Source: a virus. From it: DNA of 64,000 bases. The notes under the pieces were generated by a model. That model had not been told where the DNA came from, made no database searches, and saw only the letters and a program-made list of their open reading frames with translations. Position numbers and translations under genes: made by a program. Within the stretch, counting starts at the first letter, position 1, and every line of letters starts with the position of its first letter. Where the stretch lies: positions 64,571 through 128,570 of the IMG/VR virus record IMGVR_UViG_3300031972_002122. One strand, 5' to 3'. Shown in pieces: positions 21,658 through 31,022 of the stretch.

Positions 21658-22564
21658 TAGGTACGGTAAGTATAGGGATCAGAATGATGTTTGCTGGCAA
21701 TATAAGGTGAAAGAATCTCAGCGGTCGTATGACGCAGATACTTTTGGGTTAGATCGCGGCGAAATTTCAAATATTCGAACGGATGATCTAGAATTTCGAT
21801 ACATAGATCGTGATGATAAAGATGGGTGCCACGCTATAAGAGATTTTATAGAGAGGTACGAGTGGTTAGGTAAGATGCCAGTGTGGGTGACACAACGTTT
21901 TGGTGCTTATTATAATGATATTTTGGTTGGATGTGTGGTGATGGCTACACCATATACTATGAGTAAATATCTGGGTGATGATAAGTATAAAAAGCTAGAG
22001 AAGCTAATAGCTAGGGGAGCTAGTAGTTCCATAGCACCTAAGAATATGGCATCGTGGCTCATTATGAAATCGATTGGGTGGATGGTTGATAACACTGAGT
22101 ATCGACTGTTCAGCGCGTATGCAGACCCTGAAGCACTTGAACTTGGTACTGTGTATCAGGCGTGTAATTTTTACTACATGGGTCAAACATTTGGTGGTGG
22201 GTATGTGTATATCGATCCCGAGAACGAAGAGAATGGCTGGTTTGGAGATTCATATTTCAATCAGCGGTCAGTGATCAAGCGAGTAGCTATAGCATCTGGC
22301 GTAAAGTGGGAGGACGAGTATATCAAATTGAATAAGACTGGTAGGAAGCGTGTAATCGACTGGGATGCTATCGGTGTTGATTTGAAGGCTGAAATCAAAG
22401 CACATGTCCGATCCTACAGGGATAAATTTATAAAATACAAAACTGCTAGGAAGCATAAATACCTATACATTCAGGGGAAGGATAGACGAGAGACTAGAAC
22501 ACTTCGAAAGCTGTTTGAGGCAAATACTAAATTTTATCCATATCCCGTAGAGCGGGGCGAATAA
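21650..22564 (+). CDS. Mom-like DNA adenine-modification protein (GNAT fold)
   Basis: FIERYEWLG, PKNMASWLI, SAYADP...GTVYQACNFYYMG, KHKY match the Mu Mom-like family pattern. Confidence 0.75.
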   Translation: MIDRYGKYRDQNDVCWQYKVKESQRSYDADTFGLDRGEISNIRTDDLEFRYIDRDDKDGCHAIRDFIERYEWLGKMPVWVTQRFGAYYNDILVGCVVMATPYTMSKYLGDDKYKKLEKLIARGASSSIAPKNMASWLIMKSIGWMVDNTEYRLFSAYADPEALELGTVYQACNFYYMGQTFGGGYVYIDPENEENGWFGDSYFNQRSVIKRVAIASGVKWEDEYIKLNKTGRKRVIDWDAIGVDLKAEIKAHVRSYRDKFIKYKTARKHKYLYIQGKDRRETRTLRKLFEANTKFYPYPVERGE

Positions 22565-22607
22565 CCAATTTAAAAAATGATATTTATAAACACAAAGGGA
22601 ACAAGTT

Positions 22608-23876
22608 ATGAAAATATCGATTATACAACCATCTAGGAACAATTTAAAATATCTAAAATGGAGTTATGCAGCGATTAGAAAGAATCAGGGAGATCATGAA
22701 GTCCAAATTTGTATCGCTGACGACGCTTCCACGGACGGAACGCGTGAGTGGTTGGAAGAGATTAGTGTGGATGATCCTAATCTATCTTTTATTGTCAATG
22801 ATAGCGGGAATCGTGTCGGTCATACAATTTTGTATGACAGGTTAGTCAACGAAGTAGCTGAACATGACGTGTGTATGATATTCCATGCTGATATGTATCT
22901 GGCGGAGGGGGCATTGGATTCCATTGAGTATGCGTTATATGACTTGGAAACTACGAAAGAAGATACGCATAAACATCTAAAGGTAGTTGAGCGATATAAA
23001 ACTATCGTGTCGTTGACTAGGATTGAGCCGCCGTTACATCCACCCGGACCCGAAAAGATTGTAAAGAATTTTGGTACTGAACCTGAACAGTTTCTGCCGA
23101 CTGAATTCGATTCATGGGTTCAATGGTATTTACAAAATAACGATAAGTCTAAAACTACAGAGGGAATCTTTGCACCTTGGGCTTTTTTCAAACGAGATTT
23201 TCAGGAGATTGGTGGACATGATCCACTATACGCACCACAGAGTAAAGAGGACAGTGATATATTTAATAGGTTTCATTTAAACGGATGTAAATTCATTCAG
23301 GTGTGGGACGGGTTCGTGTATCATATGACATGTCGTGGGAGTAGATTTAATCCAACATTGACATCTATCGGTAAAAATAGTGATGAGTGGAACGCTCAGA
23401 ACATGAGAAGTTCTAGAAATTTCATTAGGAAGTGGGGACACTTCGTGAAGCATGATCGATTCATGAAGCCAATTGTTCCACCAAAGTATGACGTGGGGTT
23501 GGTTGTACATAATTGTAATTCGAAATTATTGGCAGCGTTGGAGCCGTGGTGTTCAGATATATACGTTGATATGGATGATGATATGGTGTATGTGTATACT
23601 AACAGGGAGCAAAAAAACACCACAATTGATCTAGAATCTAAAATTCATTATATGAAAGACCCAATCACAAACGATGTAGTTGTTGTGATCGATGGTAACC
23701 TCATTAGTGAAGCCGATGCCAACTATATACAAATGTTATCTGAAATACTTGCCGATAGTGGAGAAGCTGGGCAACAAATGGGTATTGGTAATCTTAGAAT
23801 TACTATAAATAAATTAGATACATACGAAAACGATTTGATCGTGTGTGAGGAAAATAAAATAAAGGAATTAGTATGA
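22608..23876 (+). CDS. glycosyltransferase family 2
   Basis: KISIIQPSRN, IADDASTDGT, HADM, IGGHD...EDSD. Confidence 0.88.
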   Translation: MKISIIQPSRNNLKYLKWSYAAIRKNQGDHEVQICIADDASTDGTREWLEEISVDDPNLSFIVNDSGNRVGHTILYDRLVNEVAEHDVCMIFHADMYLAEGALDSIEYALYDLETTKEDTHKHLKVVERYKTIVSLTRIEPPLHPPGPEKIVKNFGTEPEQFLPTEFDSWVQWYLQNNDKSKTTEGIFAPWAFFKRDFQEIGGHDPLYAPQSKEDSDIFNRFHLNGCKFIQVWDGFVYHMTCRGSRFNPTLTSIGKNSDEWNAQNMRSSRNFIRKWGHFVKHDRFMKPIVPPKYDVGLVVHNCNSKLLAALEPWCSDIYVDMDDDMVYVYTNREQKNTTIDLESKIHYMKDPITNDVVVVIDGNLISEADANYIQMLSEILADSGEAGQQMGIGNLRITINKLDTYENDLIVCEENKIKELV

Positions 23877-24727
23877 AAGTAGGAGTAATTGGTAATGGGT
23901 TTGTTGGGAATTCAATATACCACACATTCGCACAGTCGGTCGATGTTTATGTCAACGACATCAATCCAGAAAAATCTACGAACACGTTGTCTGATGTATT
24001 AGAAAACTGCGATGTAGTATTTGTATGCTTACCTACACCCATGCGTTCGGATGGTCGGCAAGATATAAGTTATATCAACTCGGCGTTCCAGAAAATTAAC
24101 GAGACGCTAGCGACGATCAAGCGTGCAGGTGATGATATTGTGTTTGTGGTTAAATCTACGGTTGTACCCGGTACAACTGACCGTTTAATCGAAGAGCACG
24201 GACTTAATATTTCATTCTCACCAGAATTCTTGACAGAGCGGACTGCTGTGTCGGATTCGATATGCAGTAATCATGTTATCATTGGTGGTAGTCAACAATC
24301 AACTGAAATACTGACTAAATTATTCCGAACACGTTTCGGAAGGGCTTATAATATTTTCGTTACTACGAATAAGACTGCAGAGTTTATCAAATACATGCGA
24401 AATACATACTTCGCTACTAAGGTAACGTACATGAATGAAATGTTTAGAGTTGCGGCGAACTGTGAGGTGGATTGGGAAGACGCTGTGAGCGGATTCGCTA
24501 TGGATGGAAGGATTGGTCACTCACATATGAGTGTACCCGGACACGATGGTATGTATGGCTACGGTGGTACATGCTTCCCTAAAGATGTTGGGGCAATAAT
24601 TACACATTCTGAAGACCTAGGATTTACACCACCAGTATTACGAGCAGTGCGTGATGCTAATTTAAAGTACCGTGGTGTGGAGGATTGGAAATCAAGTGTT
24701 GGGCGTGCAGTATCTGAGGACGAGTAG
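23873..24727 (+). CDS. UDP-glucose/GDP-mannose dehydrogenase family protein (short form)
   Basis: GNGFVG, FVCLPTP, KSTVVPGT, PEFL, GYGGTCFPKD. Confidence 0.9.
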   Translation: MKVGVIGNGFVGNSIYHTFAQSVDVYVNDINPEKSTNTLSDVLENCDVVFVCLPTPMRSDGRQDISYINSAFQKINETLATIKRAGDDIVFVVKSTVVPGTTDRLIEEHGLNISFSPEFLTERTAVSDSICSNHVIIGGSQQSTEILTKLFRTRFGRAYNIFVTTNKTAEFIKYMRNTYFATKVTYMNEMFRVAANCEVDWEDAVSGFAMDGRIGHSHMSVPGHDGMYGYGGTCFPKDVGAIITHSEDLGFTPPVLRAVRDANLKYRGVEDWKSSVGRAVSEDE

Positions 24728-24784
24728 ATGAACATTACTCTAAACCAAAAAAATACATATTTATAATAAAGTTGGGACATAATT

Positions 24785-25459
24785 ATGTATTATTTTGACA
24801 ATGATTTTTTAAGTCAATATTTCGATCAGGGGATTGCTGTTAAGGTATTCGTAGATGGTGAGTACTATGATATAGCAGGTAAATCTGATATAGAAGATAC
24901 CGAATTTGGGATCGGTTACACCCTTCAGGGTAGACCGCATACATTTGATTATAGATCAATTGAGCAAATAAAGGCTGGAAACAACATTATAACTAAAGAT
25001 CACTTACAGTCTAAGATTGATGGAGTAGAAGAGCCCGAGGGTGGTGAGGAAGACATGGATGGTGAAGATGGTGGTATGGACGATCTCGGCGGTGCTGACG
25101 GTGGGGGTGAACCTGCACCAGAGGGTGGGGGTGAAGAAGCACCTCCTGAAGAGGATGAAGAACCACCGATGGAAGGTTATACGCCTAGGGAATTGATGGG
25201 TATGATGTTGTCAGAAGCTAAAGCTAAAAAAAATACAGCAAAGACTGGGTTCGTGAAAGGTAACATGGTAGAAAACATAGATATGCTATGTGAGTTTCAT
25301 GGATCGCGTGGATCAGTTACAAATGTCGATATGCCAGACAGTGATGATGGTTTGGTTATGGTCGAATATAGAATTTTTAACTATGGGTATAATTTTAAAC
25401 CGGGTCAAAAAGTTATAAAGTCATCAAAACAGTTACAGAAGATCGATAGCGATGAGTGA
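24785..25459 (+). CDS. hypothetical protein with acidic Gly/Pro linker
   Basis: ORF; preceded by TATTTATA motif. Confidence 0.65.
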   Translation: MYYFDNDFLSQYFDQGIAVKVFVDGEYYDIAGKSDIEDTEFGIGYTLQGRPHTFDYRSIEQIKAGNNIITKDHLQSKIDGVEEPEGGEEDMDGEDGGMDDLGGADGGGEPAPEGGGEEAPPEEDEEPPMEGYTPRELMGMMLSEAKAKKNTAKTGFVKGNMVENIDMLCEFHGSRGSVTNVDMPDSDDGLVMVEYRIFNYGYNFKPGQKVIKSSKQLQKIDSDE

Positions 25460-25763
25460 ATTTATGAAAAATCTTCCAACTGTATTGAAGGGTAACAGTG
25501 ATGGAACTAAATTATCTTCAAAGCGAGTAATTACGTTCATGTTGGCGTTTACTTTAGTTAGTGTAGTTATAGCTAATACGTTTTTTAACTTTGAGGTAGA
25601 TGAGGCAATTTATACTGGTTTAGTTGACGTTCTTATATGGTCGTTGGGATTTATTGGTTCGGAACAATTTGCTGGGGCGTTAAAAAAGCGGTATGGTGGT
25701 AAACCAAATACGGAGGCGCAATTACCTCCGAGACCGGGAGGAGAAGAACATGAGCGATTCTGA
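25452..25763 (+). CDS. two-TM membrane protein, holin-like
   Basis: LSSKRVIT followed by two hydrophobic helices. Confidence 0.55.
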   Translation: MSEFMKNLPTVLKGNSDGTKLSSKRVITFMLAFTLVSVVIANTFFNFEVDEAIYTGLVDVLIWSLGFIGSEQFAGALKKRYGGKPNTEAQLPPRPGGEEHERF

Positions 25764-26010
25764 TATGATGAGTAATGAAGACGGGGATGCGGTTGATTAC
25801 ACTGGATTAGTGGTCAAGGATATGTATGAAATATTAACAACTCAGAGGAACCCGTGGCCGGGTCAATACACAAAACTCAAAAAGCTTGAGTTTCTAGATA
25901 AAATGCTTGTGTATTTAAGAGATAAACAGATGTATGAAATGTGTGATGGAATACATAAGATGAAGGAAGAAATTAAAAATGAACGTATTATTAAAGGTGA
26001 TAACACTTAA
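25750..26010 (+). CDS. hypothetical protein
   Basis: ORF; internal start MSDSD chosen. Confidence 0.5.
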   Translation: MSDSDMMSNEDGDAVDYTGLVVKDMYEILTTQRNPWPGQYTKLKKLEFLDKMLVYLRDKQMYEMCDGIHKMKEEIKNERIIKGDNT

Positions 26011-26158
26011 AGTTGGGGTTGTAGCTTATATCGGACTCGATCATGGTGATCGATTTCAGATAATTGATGCACACGTCGGTGATACATACGAACTGATTAG
26101 ATCAGTAGTTGACGCGTCACTGAAACGATTGGCTAATAATTTACACGAGTTTTAAGTT

Positions 26159-26431
26159 ATGACGGGATGTTGTAAGGGTACTCCGTATATGGATCGCGTG
26201 TCGGTGTATTTACCGAACGTCGGAGAATCTAACCGTGGAAATATATCTAACGCGTTGGTTAATGTGTTGGGATACACCCAGAGACAGGCATCCACGGCAA
26301 TTAATTTTGCAAACAGTCGTGGTGAGTGTTTAGTTTTTGAGGGGAGTCAAACGGAAGCGGTTGATAATATGAAAAAGTTGAGCATGATGGGTGTTCATTG
26401 TAGTGCAAGGTCAAGGAAAAATATCAAATGA
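26159..26431 (+). CDS. ClpS-like adaptor protein (divergent)
   Basis: VYLPN...ALVNVLGYTQRQA...GECLVFEG..EA...L..MG follows the ClpS fold pattern. Confidence 0.6.
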   Translation: MTGCCKGTPYMDRVSVYLPNVGESNRGNISNALVNVLGYTQRQASTAINFANSRGECLVFEGSQTEAVDNMKKLSMMGVHCSARSRKNIK

Positions 26432-26886
26432 TTAGCGTATTTGTAGTTAAGTTTTTTGTGTGGATTTTAGCAGTCTATGGTATGACCCAAATCATAGTCG
26501 ATAGTTATTTATTTGAACGCTGGCGGCTTAAAATATCAAGAGCTAGTCGGTGGGGTGGTGAGCTAGTTAATTGCATGTTATGTACATCCGTTTGGATTTC
26601 TCTATTATTTTCCGTATTATTGTGGTCACCTACACTTGAGATGTTTGTGTATAACTTAGTTGATGCACGACGGCTAGCACATATGCAGGGCGAGATTTCT
26701 CAAGGGGTTGATAATATTTCTGCATTAATGATCTACATAATGTATAAAGCTTATATTTTATGGGCATACGTTAGATTTATTTTTGTGGATATGATGTTGG
26801 GTAGTTGTGTTGTATGGTTTTTGTATGTGCTGGAAAATCGATTAACTAGCTCTAATAAGAATGATACTATTTATAAACAAGAATGA
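26428..26886 (+). CDS. membrane protein (DUF1360-like)
   Basis: LFERWR...ELVNCMLCTSVW plus TM helices. Confidence 0.6.
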   Translation: MISVFVVKFFVWILAVYGMTQIIVDSYLFERWRLKISRASRWGGELVNCMLCTSVWISLLFSVLLWSPTLEMFVYNLVDARRLAHMQGEISQGVDNISALMIYIMYKAYILWAYVRFIFVDMMLGSCVVWFLYVLENRLTSSNKNDTIYKQE

Positions 26887-26896
26887 GTATTGATAT

Positions 26897-27436
26897 ATGC
26901 CGTTATGGAAAAATAGAGCTTATAATTTAACGATGGACGATATCAGGTATGCGATGCGTAATAGTAAATCGAATCGTGGTGCTGCTAGATTTTTAAATAT
27001 ATCACATTTAACGTATAAAAAATACGCAGAATTATACATTGACGACGAGACAGGTAAATCTCTTTATGAGATTCACAAAAATAAATCTGGTGTTGGAATA
27101 CCTAGACGTGGATACACTAAATTCCACGGTAAGAAGGGGTTACGTGCTATTCTAGAGGGCAAACACCCTGAATATCGAGGTTCACTTCTTAAGAAACGGT
27201 TGATAAAGGAGGGGTTTAAGGAAGAATGCTGTGAGGAGTGTGGATTTGAAGAGCGTAGAATAACTGATTATACAGTTCCCCTGATACTAGTTTGGAAAGA
27301 TGGTGACAAGACAAATCATTTAGCAGAGAATTTGTCACTTATTTGCTATAACTGTTTTTACCTAACCCAGAGTGATTTATTCAATCGGCGAGCGGACAGG
27401 ACAGATTTTAAAGGATATAGGGATGACAATAAGTGA
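26897..27436 (+). CDS. HTH plus HNH-like Zn-binding protein
   Basis: SNRGAARFL HTH-like; CEECG..KDGDKTNHLAENLSLICYNC. Confidence 0.7.
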   Translation: MPLWKNRAYNLTMDDIRYAMRNSKSNRGAARFLNISHLTYKKYAELYIDDETGKSLYEIHKNKSGVGIPRRGYTKFHGKKGLRAILEGKHPEYRGSLLKKRLIKEGFKEECCEECGFEERRITDYTVPLILVWKDGDKTNHLAENLSLICYNCFYLTQSDLFNRRADRTDFKGYRDDNK

Positions 27437-27722
27437 AATTTACAACTGGCTGTTAAAAACCGACCCAACTGAAGAAAGTGTTGATGTCCGACATGTGTGG
27501 GCAGATATGGCATCGTACTGTTATTTTGTAAACACAATGGATTTCGATCGGATATATCAGTCAAGACTTAAACAAGTTTTAAAACGGGGTATGGAATTTG
27601 GTATAAACTTACCGACGGATGACCATTCAAAAGTTTTAGAAATAGCCAAGGAAATGGATCAGACAAATTTGAAAACCTATATAAATACGTGTACGTATGA
27701 CGAGCCACAAACAGCAAACTGA
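27423..27722 (+). CDS. hypothetical protein
   Basis: ORF; start MTISE. Confidence 0.5.
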   Translation: MTISEIYNWLLKTDPTEESVDVRHVWADMASYCYFVNTMDFDRIYQSRLKQVLKRGMEFGINLPTDDHSKVLEIAKEMDQTNLKTYINTCTYDEPQTAN

Positions 27723-27897
27723 CTTCGAACGGTTTGGAGAGTTAATAACATATCTAGGTCAACTAGAATATAATATCATAAACAGTAGAGAAGCGTTAAA
27801 TAGTATGGAACGCGAAAAGCATACTACTCTAGAGGAGCTAAGAAACTTAGAGACAAAGATCGGTGCGACCGAAACAGAACCTGATACTGAAAAATAA
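27697..27897 (+). CDS. small coiled-coil hypothetical protein
   Basis: ORF track. Confidence 0.5.
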   Translation: MTSHKQQTDFERFGELITYLGQLEYNIINSREALNSMEREKHTTLEELRNLETKIGATETEPDTEK

Positions 27898-27910
27898 ATA
27901 ATCATTTCCT

Positions 27911-28468
27911 ATGTATTACACACGATTGGTGATAGTTATACTATCCATCATCGTCCACTTTGATATAATGTTCATCGTGGATGACAATAGGGTATATGCT
28001 GGTGGTGAACTGGCAGAGATAAGTGTATGTGCAACGCTGATACTACCAGACTCACTCAAACCAGCTCAGAAGCTCATGGCGAAGCTTATTTACGCTGAGG
28101 CAGGTAACGAGTCACTACTGGGTAAACGTGCTGTAGCGGACGTTATAATGAATCGTGCGCATCATCACGACCTGACCGTAGCACAAATAGTCTATCAGGA
28201 TGGTGAATTCGATGGTATACATTCCGATGGGTTTAATATAAATCCTTACAAACAATATGATGATCCATCAATTAATAAGTCAATTGCCGATTGTATGCTC
28301 TCAGCTAAGTATGCATTAATGGGTAAGCATGTAATACCGCGTGGTGTATTGTTTTATCACAACCCACGGACATCAACGGATCGGGGTTGGATATCTTATA
28401 TAGAACAGTTTATGTATAGAGACATCGATAATCATCGATTTTGCTACCATCCTAAATTTTTTTCTTAG
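27911..28468 (+). CDS. cell wall hydrolase, SleB/Hydrolase_2 family
   Basis: LMAKLIYAEAGNE..GKRAVADVIMNR, LFYHNP, IDNHRF; N-terminal hydrophobic anchor. Confidence 0.9.
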   Translation: MYYTRLVIVILSIIVHFDIMFIVDDNRVYAGGELAEISVCATLILPDSLKPAQKLMAKLIYAEAGNESLLGKRAVADVIMNRAHHHDLTVAQIVYQDGEFDGIHSDGFNINPYKQYDDPSINKSIADCMLSAKYALMGKHVIPRGVLFYHNPRTSTDRGWISYIEQFMYRDIDNHRFCYHPKFFS

Positions 28469-28544
28469 AAATATATAAAAAAGTTTTGTAGTCTATCATA
28501 TAGATGTTATCTTGCAGTATATTTAATAACACAAATACTATAAG

Positions 28545-28772
28545 ATGATCCAGACAACAACATTTAATGAAGAATTGGTTGCAGCATTTTGGAACCAAAC
28601 GAGCGTAGTTTCTAACGGTCAAACAATGACATTACCATCTCGCCAGACTGGTGGGAAGTGGAGCCAGAATAATGCATATGATGTACTTGTTGCTCGTAGT
28701 ATAAGAACTGGCAACTATACCACTACACACCGACCAGACGGGACGTTGGGAGTTATTGTAACTAAATTTTAA
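28545..28772 (+). CDS. hypothetical protein
   Basis: ORF with its own upstream promoter-like motif and downstream terminator. Confidence 0.6.
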   Translation: MIQTTTFNEELVAAFWNQTSVVSNGQTMTLPSRQTGGKWSQNNAYDVLVARSIRTGNYTTTHRPDGTLGVIVTKF

Positions 28773-28809
28773 TCACTACCAGAGTAATATAAAATATTCT
28801 CATTTTTTG

Positions 28810-28841
28810 GGGGATGTCATGAAAATGGCATCCCCTTATTG
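28810..28841 (+). terminator. intrinsic terminator (possibly bidirectional)
   Basis: GGGGATGTCAT-GAAA-ATGGCATCCCC followed by TTATT. Confidence 0.75.
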
Positions 28842-28891
28842 TTTATCATATTTTTTACATATTTATATATGATATCAATTAGGAGAGTTTA

Positions 28892-29488
28892 GTGTACACA
28901 CTTATAGTCGACAAGCCTGACATATTCGAGGCTAAAATTAACATTGAGGGAGCGGAAGCCGATGATGCACAGTGCAGGTTAGTTATAGAATCTGGTGCGA
29001 TGTCATTACTATTTGAGGGTAGTTTAAAGGATGAGAAATGTAGCATCCCTATTAAAAAATTGAAAAAATATATCAAGGCTGGTGACACTGGCACGATGAA
29101 GTTAGAAGTTATTGCAGATGATACGTTTTTTTCACCTTGGGAGTCTGATTTTAAAGCTAAAGCTTCTAGGAAGGTAACTGCTGAGGTAGTCGAACCTGTA
29201 GCAGAAAAAGTACATAAGCCAACTGTTGTGGTGAGTGAAATAACACAAAATGTTGATGGTGTTGATGGTGGAATCCAAAATAAAGATATACTTATTAAGG
29301 AAATGGCTACAGAGTTTTTAATGTTTGGATTGAAACTTGAGGATGTTGGTAAACGAAAGAAAACAATAAATCACGTAGTTAGTAAAATGATTAAGCGGGG
29401 AATTATCACTACTGATATGAAAGATAGTCCCGAATTGATTGACGTTGTGTTAGAATCAATAATATTAAGCGAAAAGTCGAGGAAATAA
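28892..29488 (+). CDS. hypothetical protein
   Basis: ORF with GTG start after a TATTTATA motif. Confidence 0.65.
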   Translation: MYTLIVDKPDIFEAKINIEGAEADDAQCRLVIESGAMSLLFEGSLKDEKCSIPIKKLKKYIKAGDTGTMKLEVIADDTFFSPWESDFKAKASRKVTAEVVEPVAEKVHKPTVVVSEITQNVDGVDGGIQNKDILIKEMATEFLMFGLKLEDVGKRKKTINHVVSKMIKRGIITTDMKDSPELIDVVLESIILSEKSRK

Positions 29489-29491
29489 TAA

Positions 29492-30922
29492 ATGGCAAAA
29501 ATTACTGATCCAGATAATCTGAATCAAAGTGTAGAAGTAGAATTTATCACGGGTAGTAAATTGATAAAATTGAATCCTGCGGGTAATCTAGAACCATATG
29601 ATGGTGTAACGATGCAGGCGTTATATTCATTTACTAAAGAAGAATGGTTAAATGACGATAACTTGATTAAGTTTCCATTCCCATTTATTTCAATTACCGC
29701 CGAACAGTTTGAGTTGTTCAATGGGTGGGACTTGTCTGGATCATTTGAATCTTTACTTGATCCTAGTTCATCTAAGAATATGATTCGGGATGCTGGGTGG
29801 GCTGTTAAGGATGCTGCTGGTAACTCCCGAGAAGAGTATATGAACATTACATCGTTGGGTGCATTCAACGATTCAACCGCGGATCAGGCATATTACCTAC
29901 AATCTGGGTCTCTTGGATATCCACCAACATCTTCAGTATACACAGGTGAGGTGAATATACCAGTTAGAATTTACGCATCAGGTGCTGCTTACGGTGCAGC
30001 CGATGTAATTGATTTCCGAAACTTCTTTAACATTTATCTTCGTGAGCAGGGTAAAGTGTTTGGGTCGTATGATTTGATTACCGAGCAGAATATTACAACA
30101 CTTACGTATAAGAAGTTCGCACTACCACTGGTAAACAGTGAAGACCTTAAAGTGACATCTTCGGATACTGGTTTTACTGGATTACCTTATTCTGGTATGA
30201 GTATTAATTATTACACATCATCACAGAATCAAGATATTGGTGGGACTAATTATCCATATAAAATATTGATCGATGGTAATAGTGGTACTGCGGAGCAGAT
30301 TTACGAGTGGACACAATTCCAGTTGAGACAGACTAGTAGTATCGATTCGAATGATAACTATACAATTATTAGAGGTGATACTGCGGGTGATCTTCTAGCA
30401 TTTATTGGAGACACTTTAAGAACTCAATTAGTAACTATTGGCGGTGCTCCTCACGGGGTATATATCCAAAACTTCTTAGCGGCAGATACCAACCGTCTAG
30501 AATTTACTGATGACTCTGGATCAGTTAGAACGTTCCCGTTCGTTGCTGCAGGTACTATCTTATTTAATGAGAACTTACAGAACGATCCTTCAGCTAGATA
30601 TTTCATGTTCTTTACGAACGATGATTCTGGTGATAACACTGGGAGGGACTTTGGGACTAAGGACGCGATTATTATCAATGATAATGCCGGCCCATTACCG
30701 ATCACGGGTTCCGTGGCAACATCAGCCTCAGTCGCATTTGACTACGATTATGATGGTAACATCCAACGTGGTTCTGATTCATCAGGTTCAGATGCACCAT
30801 TTACTGCAGTTGCTCTTGGACTTTCAACGGCACAGTACGTGGTAACAACTGGTACGATTACGAGATCAACCGTGAACTCGGTAAACTTCGTTGCGGCACT
30901 AGAAAGAAATTACGCGACTTAA
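29492..30922 (+). CDS. putative virion structural protein
   Basis: Ser/Thr/Gly/Asn-rich, beta-rich composition; C-terminal ERNY motif shared with the next gene. Confidence 0.6.
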   Translation: MAKITDPDNLNQSVEVEFITGSKLIKLNPAGNLEPYDGVTMQALYSFTKEEWLNDDNLIKFPFPFISITAEQFELFNGWDLSGSFESLLDPSSSKNMIRDAGWAVKDAAGNSREEYMNITSLGAFNDSTADQAYYLQSGSLGYPPTSSVYTGEVNIPVRIYASGAAYGAADVIDFRNFFNIYLREQGKVFGSYDLITEQNITTLTYKKFALPLVNSEDLKVTSSDTGFTGLPYSGMSINYYTSSQNQDIGGTNYPYKILIDGNSGTAEQIYEWTQFQLRQTSSIDSNDNYTIIRGDTAGDLLAFIGDTLRTQLVTIGGAPHGVYIQNFLAADTNRLEFTDDSGSVRTFPFVAAGTILFNENLQNDPSARYFMFFTNDDSGDNTGRDFGTKDAIIINDNAGPLPITGSVATSASVAFDYDYDGNIQRGSDSSGSDAPFTAVALGLSTAQYVVTTGTITRSTVNSVNFVAALERNYAT

Positions 30923-30941
30923 TAGTTGACTAATAAAATTC

Positions 30942-30975
30942 AAAGGGGATCATCTTTTAGGTGATCCCCTTTTTT
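30942..30975 (+). terminator. intrinsic terminator
   Basis: AAAGGGGATCATC/GGTGATCCCCTTT plus U-run. Confidence 0.85.
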
Positions 30976-31022
30976 ATTGTTATTTTTTTTGATATTTATA
31001 AATAAATAACGGGTAAATATTA

